A DNA stretch of 64,000 nt, taken from positions 61,814,001 through 61,878,000 of the forward strand of contig NC_042999.1 in NCBI RefSeq assembly GCF_006345805.1, read 5' to 3'. Positions 55,095 to 64,000 of this stretch are shown piece by piece; the first letter of the stretch is position 1; the number at the start of each line of letters is the position of its first letter. The notes below the pieces were generated by a model that made no database searches, was not told the DNA's origin, and was given only the letters and a program-made list of their open reading frames with translations. The DNA comes from Octopus sinensis. Its lineage: Eukaryota. The translations under genes and the position numbers were made by a program.

Positions 55095-55317
55095 GAAATA
55101 TTAAAATAACTAATCTCTCTAAAAGAGAACAGCGGCGGCCAGCGTCCCGGAAAATAATAGTTATCGCCATACTAATATGGCATTCTTATAAAAATAAGAA
55201 AAAAGCTGTCCGCTTATTAGCTCCATGAGGCCATCGCCTTAAGTTAGCTATTTGATACACACAATGTATCCATATAACCTTCGAACAAGGGAGGTCAATC
55301 GCTCCACACTACATACT

Positions 55318-55379
55318 GACCCGGCAGCTACAGACGACGCGTTCGGGGTATTGCCCCTTTTCAATGCGCGTAGCCAGCC
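55318..55379 (-). ncRNA. Damaged copy of the same hammerhead
   Basis: GAAC instead of GAAAC, a 3-nt duplication and a 1-nt loss in stem I (decay or assembly error). Confidence 0.6.
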
Positions 55380-55677
55380 AGTAGGTGTCGCTTCCGACAA
55401 TCTCTGTTCGATGTTTTATTTACCTAGTTTCGGTGGAATATATCCACTTGTTTTCAATAATAGAATATTAAAATAACTAAGTCTCTCTAAAAGAGAACAG
55501 CGGCAGCGTTCCCGGAAAATAATAGTTATCGCCATACTAATATGGCATTCTTATAAAAATAAGAAAAAAACTGTCCGCTTATAGCTCCATGAGGCCATCG
55601 CCTTAAGTTAGCTATTTGATACACAAACTGTATCCATATAACCTTCGAACAAGGGAGGTCAGTCGCTCCACACTACT

Positions 55678-55737
55678 GACCGGCAGCTACAGACGCGTTT
55701 CGGGGTATTGCCCCTTTTCAATGCAGCGTAGCCAGCC
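55678..55737 (-). ncRNA. Type I minimal hammerhead ribozyme, U3:A8 variant (intact copy)
   Basis: Minus strand: ggctggc tac GCTGCA TTGAAAA GGGG caata CCCC GAAA cgcg TC^ TGTAGC t gccggtc. Stems I and II and the GAAA core pair; palindromic ACGCGT stem III; predicted cut between 55692 and 55691. Confidence 0.8.
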
Positions 55738-56035
55738 AGTAGGTGTCGCTTCCGACAATCTCTGTTCGATGGTTTTATTTACCTAGTTTCGGTGGAATAT
55801 ATCCACTTGTTTTCAATAATAGAATATTAAAATACTAAGTCTCTCTAAAAGAGAACAGCGGCAGCGTTCCCGGAAAATAATAGTTATCGCCATACTAATA
55901 TGGCATTCTTATAAAATAAGAAAAAAGCTGTCCGCTTATTAGCTCCATGAGGCCATCGCCTTAAGTAGCTATTTGATACACAAACTGTATCCATATAACC
56001 TTCGAACAAGGGAGGTCAGTCGCTCCACACTACTT

Positions 56036-56095
56036 GACCGGCAGCTACAGACGCGTTTCGGGGTATTGCCCCTTTTCAATGCAGCGTAGCCAGCC
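56036..56095 (-). ncRNA. Type I minimal hammerhead ribozyme, U3:A8 variant (second intact copy)
   Basis: Identical to 55678-55737; predicted cut between 56050 and 56049. Confidence 0.8.
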
Positions 56096-56310
56096 AGTAG
56101 GTGTCGCTTCCGACAATCTCTGTTCGATGGTTTTATTTATATGTAGCTGCCGGTCAAGTAGTGTGGAGCGACTGACCTCCCTTGTTCGAAGGTTATATGG
56201 ATACAGTTTGTGTATCAAATAGCTAACTTAAGGCGATGGCCTCATGGAGCTAATAAGCGGACAGCTTTTTTCTTATTTTTATAAGAATGCCATATTAGTA
56301 TGGCGATAAC

Positions 56311-56355
<45 letters not shown>

Positions 56356-56364
56356 ATATATATA

Positions 56365-56585
56365 TTGGTAAAAACGGTAAGGTAACAAAAGAAAAAAAGA
56401 GACCTCAATATTATGTAAATAGAGGAATTTATCTGTAAATATAATATGTGACAATTATTCGGTAGCTAAGATAAAACTCTGAGTTTCGGATGCCGAGGTG
56501 GAAATCCACACCACCATCTCTTCAATTATCCGGCCGGTGGTGTTTTATCTTGGTTACCGAATAATTGTCACATATTATATTTACA
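56365..56585. mobile_element. Second hammerhead-bearing repeat family, head-to-head pair in (TA)n
   Basis: Homologous to 63037-63323; minus copy 56365-56535, inverted piece 56542-56585. Confidence 0.7.
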
Positions 56586-57879
56586 TATATATATATATTA
56601 TATATATATATATATATAATATATATATATACGCACACACAAATACATAAACACACACATATATATATACATATATACATGTATGTTATTATACATGTGT
56701 GTTATTTAACGGTTTAAGACCGCCGTAACTTCCCTTTGAAATTGTGGAGTATTAAAAAATACAGTATACTTGCGAAACGTTTAACAACACGCATATATTA
56801 AGTCTGTGACAGTGATATTCTATGTTCATGTATGCATATGCAGACAGACAGAGAGATAGGCAGGCAGGTAGGCATGTAGGCGGGCAGGCAGGTAGACGGG
56901 CATAAGTATATAAAGAAACGCGTGTTATACTTTTACTTTTTAATTTAGTATTAATAGAGAAAGATATCTCTATGTTACTTCTCTTTTCAACAGGTGATCT
57001 TTCCGTATGCAGTAGTTTGAAAGCGCAAGTAAAAATTTACGCAAGTGGTTAAGGAAACGGTTATGTGGTAAAGAAATTTTGTTCCTTAGCTTTATGGTTT
57101 CATGTTCGATTCTACAGCACTGACGAATAATCCCTGCTGCACTAGGTTCAATGACCTAACTCGTTACAAGCCCCCACGGTCTCATTTGTGGTATCCCATC
57201 CAGTATTGGAACCGTTGAAGCCATTTCTGTATTCCCAGCATAACCTCTAGCAAGTTTCAAGATCCTTGAAATACGTTATGGGCGCTGATCTTCCCCTTCT
57301 GATAAATCCATTAAAACCGAATTCAGGTCCATACCACGGTTTCATACAGATGTCTGAGGCGATACTTCTCAACGGCAATGAACGTCAAGTATAGCAGTTA
57401 TCCACTTGGATACCTGAGCAAATAAACATAGACATTTAATCACTTTCACCTGCATCTAGATATCACAATCACAGATTCAATACACTTCACCATAATTGTG
57501 CCGTGAGCGATTTGATGCTTACGCATGCGTACAAACACATGTTATTTATTTACAAGCATGTACATACGTGTGTGTGCCCGTGTGCATGTGTGTGAGAACG
57601 TGTATGCTTACACACACTAGGCTGTGTTTTATTTAATTTTATAGCTAATTGACCAGTGTCTTTTTATATATATTTTTAGTCACTTGCTTTAGCTTCACTT
57701 CCTTTCTTTATCCTCGCTTAGTTTTTCCCGCTCTTTTTCCCTGACTCCAGTATATTTTACGGGTTTTTTTGACATTGTACGCATTTCTTACATTCATGAT
57801 TGCCGACGCACGCAGCCAAGTATTCTCGTACTCTGTGTTACAAATGTGGGTGTGCGTGTGTGCACATGTGTGCATATCT

Positions 57880-58132
57880 GTGAGTGGGTGAGTGGGTGAG
57901 TGAGTGAGTGAGTGAATGAGTGAGTGAGTGAGTGAGTGAGTGGGTCAGTGAGTGAGTGAATGAGTGAGTGAGTGAATGAGTGAGTGAGTGAGTGAGTGAG
58001 TGAGTGAGTGAGTGAGTGAGTGAATGAAAGAGCGAGTGAGTGAGTGAGTGAGTAAGTGAGTGAGTGAGTGAGTGAGTGAGTGAGAGAGTGAGTGAGTGAG
58101 TGAGTGAGTGAGTGAGTGAATGAGTGAGTGAG
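57880..58132. repeat. (GAGT)n tetranucleotide repeat
   Basis: Direct reading. Confidence 0.95.
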
Positions 58133-58539
58133 CGAAACTGGTACTTTATTTATCGACCCCGAAAGGATGAAAGGCAAAGTCGACCTCGGCGGAATTTGAA
58201 CTCAGAACGTGCATATTTATATATGTATATGTCTTTGAGCCTGTGTTGGTTCCCCCAACACTGCTTGACAACCGGTGTTGGTGTTTTTAAGTCTGTGTAA
58301 CTTAGCAGTTCAGCAAAAGCGATAAATAGAATAAGTAGTAGGCTTTAAAAAGTAAGTCCTAAGGTGGATTTCTTCGACTAAAATCCTTCGCGGTGGTGCT
58401 GCAGCATGGCCGCAGTCAAATGACTGAAAGAAGATAGAAGATATAAGATTATTCTGTCCCTGTTTTCACCTTCGAACACTGATTCAGGACGGGACCGGAA
58501 TCGCTGACATATCTTCGATAAAATGCCAGTATTTATTTA

Positions 58540-59789
58540 GGACGGCGAGCTGGCAGAAACGTTAGCACGCCGAGCGAAATGTGTAGCCGTATTTCGTCTG
58601 CTGCTACGTTCTGAGTTCAAATTCCGCCGAGGTCGACTTTGCCTTTTATCCTTTCGGGGTCGATAAATTAAGTACCAGTTACGCACTGGGGTCGATATAA
58701 TCGACTTAATCCGTTTGTCTGTCATTGTTTGTCCTCTGTGTTTAGCCGCTTGTGGGTAGTAAAGAAATAAGTATTTCTTCTGCCGTTACGTCCTGAGTTC
58801 AACTTCCGCCGAGGTCGACTTTGCCTTTTATCCTTTCGGGGTCGATAAATTAAGTACCAGTTACGCACTGGGCTCGATATAATCGACTTAATCCGTTTGT
58901 CTGTCCTTGTTTATCCTCTGTGTTTAGCTCCTTGTGGGTAGTAAAGAAATAAGTATTTATTTAGGAAATCAGGTGAACAATGACGGCCATCAATGAAGCT
59001 ATTGTGCTGTGTGGCTGTCGATTAGTCTCTTCTTCAACAACTCTACAAAGGCAGTAGTGCATAAGATTTGGTATCACATGATTGTAAAGATTGTCTGACA
59101 TCATTTCTTGGGCTATGTGGGCTCTCTTAGAAGGTACTGAGTCTTTTTTGAAACACTCATGGTCTTCTACTGTGTACTTCATTTATCCAGGCCTTAACAA
59201 CTGTCACCAACTCTTCAACGTTTTCAGCATCATTAATTCTTCTAAGATCCTGTGGAAAGATGCGATGTAGCACAATATGACGTTCGTTAGAAGAAGAAGA
59301 AGAAGAAGAAGAAGAAGAAGAAGAAGAAGAAGAAGAAGAAGAGAAGAAGAAGAAGAAACGCGAATTTCATAAAGAAATTATTAGTATATTTATTTCTTTA
59401 TTGCCCACAGGGAGCTAAACATAGGGAGGACAAACAAGGACAGACAAACGGATTAAGTCGATTACATCGACCCCAGTACGTAACTGGTACTTGTTTATCC
59501 ACCCCGAAAGGATGAAAGGCAAAGTCGACCTCAGCGGATTTTGAACTCAGAACGTAACGGCAGACGAAATACCTATTTCTTTACTACCCACAAGGGGCTA
59601 AACACAGAGAGGACAAACAAGGACAGACAAACGGATCAAGTCGATTCCATCGGCCCCAGTGCGTAACTGGTACTTAATTTATCGACCCCGAAAGGATGAA
59701 AGGCAAAGTCGACCTCACAACGTAACGGCAGGCGAAATACCGCTTAGCCTTTCGCCCGGCGTGCTAACGATTCTGTCAGCTCGCCGCCT
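58540..59789. mobile_element. Tandem SINE family A multimers (+ 58540-58956; - 59392-59789)
   Basis: Head plus repeated bodies with the aaagaaata(g/a)gtatttc junction. Confidence 0.85.
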
Positions 59790-60373
59790 AAATAATAATA
59801 TATTAGTTTTCACTTGCTTTAATTAATTATATCAAATCAAAATTAACAATTAATAGATTAATCAAATGATGATTTTTATAGTTATTTCCTTTGAAATCTC
59901 TTGCATAGTTTTGTTTTTGCGTTTTGCCTTTTGTCTTGTTTTTTTTTATACTTTACGTTCTTTTTTCTACTTCTATATTCAACTTTGTGGTTGATTTGTC
60001 GAAGAGAATTTTCTCCGTGAGATTTTTGTCCGAAGGAGTTTCTTCCTATAAGCTTTTGTGAGACTTGTAATAGACTTAAAGACTGTCCTTAATTATCCTT
60101 TTCTCCACCGATTTACAACCAGTGCTGGTTTATTTACGTCCCCGTGACTTTGCTAATCAGACGTTGCAACTCAGAATCCGACAGAGTAAGTTCCAGAGTT
60201 AAAACAAAAATTAGTATTGAACGTGATTTGTTTCTTCTAAAGCATTCGTGACGATGCCCCAGCCTGACCGCAGTCCAAAGACTGAAACAATTAAAAGATA
60301 AAAGGTGTGTGTGAGAGAGAGAGAGGGGTGGATAGAGAGATGAGGGAAAGTAAGATGAAAGTAAAGATACGTA

Positions 60374-61146
60374 GGCGCAGGAGTGGCTGTGTGGTAAGTA
60401 GCTTGCTTACCAACCATATGGTTCCGGGTTCAGTCCCACTGCGTGGCACCTTGTACAAGTGTCTTCTTCTATAGCCTCGGGCCGACCAAAGCCTTGTGAG
60501 TGGATTTGGTAGACGGAAACTGAAAGACGCCCTTCGTATGTGTGTGTGTGTGTTTGTCCCCCCAACATCGCTTGACAATCGATGGTGGTGTGTTTACGTC
60601 TCCGTAACTTAGCAATTCGACCCGAGACCGATAAAATAAGTACTAGGCTTACAAAGAATAAGTCCTGGGGTCGATGTGCTCGACTAAAGGCAGTGCTCTA
60701 GCATGGCCGAAGTCAAATGACTGAAACAAATCTTTATATATAAAAGAGAGGTTGTGTGCTGTCTGTCTCCTACGATTTAGATTCCTAACTGCTACCACAT
60801 TTTGCGGTGCAGTTTAACCAAAACCGGGTATCTTATAGTCGTGATTCATATCGAGCCCTTCTGGGTATTAGCGTGTGTCTACGATGAATCTACGATTTTA
60901 AAAATAATTTACCATCAATTTTTCTCATTTTTAATGCATTTTTGGCATATATAAGGGAAGTAACTCTCTAAAAATTTATTACTAAATCTCAGAACGTAAA
61001 AAGCTACAGTAACACCCCTCTTCCTTTGTGGTTAGCCATATTGAGATGGCTATTATACTTTACATCTCTGAAAATGCTTATATAGTTATTTCCCTTACAA
61101 ATCCGAGCAACGCCGGGCGATACTGCTAGTAAAAGAATAAAAGAAT
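60374..61146 (+). mobile_element. SINE family B with its tail split by a Helitron
   Basis: ...gactgaaacaaa (60730) resumes as taaaagaataaaag (61130). Confidence 0.85.
60731..61129 (+). mobile_element. Non-autonomous Helitron, 399 bp
   Basis: A|TCtttatatataaaag ... ccgagcaacgccggg hairpin-like, CTAG|T; no TSD; inserted between A and T of a SINE tail. Confidence 0.8.
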
Positions 61147-61490
61147 ATAATGCACACGAAATTAGTTTTTACACGCTCCAACGGCATGCTAGAAATAGCA
61201 GCCAAATCGCTTTCAAATTAATGTCTCGTGTCTAAAAGAAAAGAGATAAGATAGTGGATAATATTGTCTGGGGAAAAAAAGGCAGGATGGTCACGACTAG
61301 AATACCTCCGAACATGTCCCTTCAATGCCCTGATCTAAGCAACAAATTAGATCTAAACAATGCACACAGATGTATATAACAGAAGTTATCGAGAAACAAA
61401 ATAAAGTTTAAGTTAAAGAAATCGATAACTATACAATGGTGACCTTAACTTCAACTCTACTTCTGCAGAATATGTGTGGGAGGGAAGAGA

Positions 61491-61548
<58 letters not shown>

Positions 61549-61999
61549 CAGGGAGGATGAATGTAAAGAAAAACAATATTTATTCTGTGGATGCAGAGTT
61601 GAATTTGCGGTCACCGATGTCCAATAACAAAACACAATGGAAAAAAAAAAAGAGATGAAATGAATGAGAAAATTAAATGGAGAAAAGGAATGGTATGAAA
61701 GCCCCACTGGCTCTGAACTACTAAACCAATTTCTAAATGACGCTATAAACTACATCTAACATCGTAGACATTGCTGGAGAGTGAATGTTTGTCAGATAAT
61801 GGAATTAGGGCGCAGAGGAGTTGAGGTGTATACAATAAAAGTTCAATGCGAAGATGGAAACTAATATGAAGTAGGGCACAAGCATAGCGGGATGGTTCAG
61901 AAGCACACTTTGCAACCACATGGATTTCAAGTTCAATACTCCTAATCGGCACTTTGAGCAAGTTTTTTTTCTAATTTGAAGGCAAGTTTTTTCTAAGTT

Positions 62000-62430
62000 G
62001 GAGGCAGCGAGCTGGCAGAATCGTTAGGATGCCGAGCGAAATGCTTAGCGGAATTTCGTCTGCCGCTACGCTCTGAGTTCAAATTCCGCCGAGGTCGACT
62101 TTGCTTTTCATCTTTCGGGATCGATTAAATAAGTACCAGTTACGCACTGGGGTCGATATAATCGACTTGATCCGTTTGTCTGTACTTGTTTGTCACCTCT
62201 ATGTTTAACACCTTGTGGGCAATAAAGAAATAAGAAACGTTAGCACGCCGGGCGAAATGCGTAGACGTATTTCGTCTGCCGTTATGTTCTGAGTTCAAAT
62301 TCCGCCGAGGTCGACTTTGCCTTTCATACTTTCGGGGTCGATAAATTAAGTACCAGTTGAGGACTGAGGTCGATCGAATAGACTGGGCCCCATACCCCAA
62401 AATTTCGGACCTTGTGCTTAGAGTAGAAAA
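62000..62430 (+). mobile_element. Tandem SINE family A copies
   Basis: Match to the family consensus. Confidence 0.85.
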
Positions 62431-62803
62431 GAATATATCCTAGATCGATCAATGCAAGACTGAAATATTTCCTCCAGCACGCGCTTGCTCTCTTAGAAGC
62501 GGTTAAAAAAGAATTAGAATAAATTATCTTTTATCTTTTACTTATTCCAATCATTAGGCTGCAGCCATGCTGGAGCAGCACCTTGGAGAACATTTCCCTT
62601 TTAGTCGAAAGAATCTACCCAAGTACTTAGTTTCTTAAAATCTAGTACTTATTCTATAAATATATTTTGACGAACAGCTAAGTTACGAGGACGCAAACAC
62701 ACTAGCACCGGTTATCAAACGATGCTGGGAAACAGAGACATAAAGAACCATAGACGCACGCACACACACACACATTTATTGAAATATGAATGAGAAGCAG
62801 CCC

Positions 62804-62854
62804 AACTCGGAGTTTTATCATGGCTACCGAATAATTGTCACATATTACATTTAA

Positions 62855-62940
<86 letters not shown>

Positions 62941-63003
62941 TATCGAACACATATACACGAACTGGCAAAACGCATGGCTTGTGTATTGTGTATGTGTTCG
63001 ATA

Positions 63004-63043
<40 letters not shown>

Positions 63044-63322
63044 TTAAATGTAATATGTGACAATTATTCGGTAGCCATGATAAAACTCCGAGTTTCGGAT
63101 GTCGGGGTGGAAATCCACGCCGCCATCTCTTCAATTATCTGACCATCGGAAAAAGTGGTATGAAGATGGCCGGATAACTGAAGAGATGGCGGCGTGGATT
63201 TCCACTCGGAGTTTTATCATGGCTACCGAATAATTGTCACATATTACATTTACAGATAGATTCCTCTATTTACATAATATGGAGGACTCTTTCTTTCTTT
63301 TGTTGTTTTACCATTTCTATCA

Positions 63323-63323
<1 letters not shown>
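62804..63323. mobile_element. Three alternately oriented copies of the second hammerhead family forming nested foldbacks in (TA)n
   Basis: Plus 62804-62853, minus 63037-63144, plus 63164-63323; inner palindrome gtaaacaatatcgaacacata / tatgtgttcgatattgtttac. Confidence 0.75.
63073..63144 (-). ncRNA. Type I hammerhead-like fold with GUU cleavage triplet
   Basis: GATAA TTGAAGA gatg..gtgg attt ccac..catc c GAAA ct cgg a GTT^ TTATC. The sister copy at 63178 has canonical CTGAAGA. Confidence 0.55.
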
Positions 63324-63388
<65 letters not shown>

Positions 63389-63389
<1 letters not shown>

Positions 63390-63568
63390 TCAAAATGTGA
63401 CCGCGTGTGTACCGTTGGCGATTACTTTCCTCCGTCTTCCCTTCTTTGAATCTTTCCTTTTCCTATGTTTCTGACGAAGAGCTCCACTCAAAACGTTAAA
63501 TCCTCCTTCTTTCCTGAGCGTCCAATAATGCTATACTTGTTCCACGTCCTCGCGTTGTCGTGTTTTCT

Positions 63569-63573
<5 letters not shown>
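63389..63573 (+). mobile_element. Short (TA)n-embedded repeat resembling a Penelope pseudo-LTR with a decayed minimal hammerhead
   Basis: ctgacga a gagc tcc actc aaaa cgtt a at 63471-63498; (TA)n on both sides. Confidence 0.45.
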
Positions 63574-63639
<66 letters not shown>

Positions 63640-64000
63640 ATATATGCTTATAATTATTTGAACCCGAATTTACCATGCCAGACAAAAATACTTAACGGCA
63701 TTTCTTCCGACTTTACATTCTGCGCTTAAATGCTGCCTGGGTCTACTTCGCCTTTCATCAATAAGTACTAGTTGAGCAATGGGGTCTTCCCTGATAATCT
63801 GGCTTTGTAGCAAAATTTGAAACCAATTATCATAACCCACTTATTGTAATTTATTAATATACTTGACCCGAAATTTCTAGATAATCTAAATCCTACTATT
63901 ACTCACCTACAGTTATGCGTTGTTGCATGCTTTTTGTTATACAACTTCTCTTTGTATTTTGTAGAAAGAAAATACTACTCGCATAGAGTTCTCAATTTTA

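Larger units (their letters stand above)
55091..56315. mobile_element. Hammerhead-bearing tandem element: ~2.9 units of ~359 bp on minus plus an inverted 174-bp unit on plus, embedded in (TA)n (retrozyme / PLE pseudo-LTR-like)
   Basis: Units start at 55091, ~55460 and ~55819; 56142-56315 is the reverse complement of unit sequence; (TA)n on both flanks and TATA at the inversion point. Confidence 0.85.

Overview
AT-rich, microsatellite-dense eukaryotic DNA with no recognisable host gene. It is most likely from an octopus or related coleoid cephalopod; this is inferred from the tRNA-SINE families and repeat composition, not proven. The window is a patchwork of transposon copies: an R4/Dong-type REL LINE inserted in (TAA)n, mariner and hAT remnants, a deleted Ty3/gypsy element with a nested Helitron and a CR1-like fragment, Penelope-like and RTE reverse-transcriptase fragments, MITEs, and dozens of copies of 3-4 tRNA-derived SINE families. 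Two systems stand out. (1) At 55.1-56.3 kb, a (TA)n-embedded array of ~359-bp units carries type I hammerhead ribozyme folds with the rare U3:A8 core covariation. Its two head-to-head 5' ends fall at or within 2 nt of predicted self-cleavage sites (retrozyme / Penelope pseudo-LTR-like). Two further hammerhead-bearing repeat families occur at 56.4 and 63 kb. (2) At 20.1-24.4 kb, two diverged ORF1-only (RT-less, Tx1/L1-like gag) retroelements sit in tandem at the same nucleotide of a SINE tRNA head, with 11-12-bp target duplications, a conserved 3' tail and a shared +1 frameshift. All folds and family assignments were made by eye; no searches were run.
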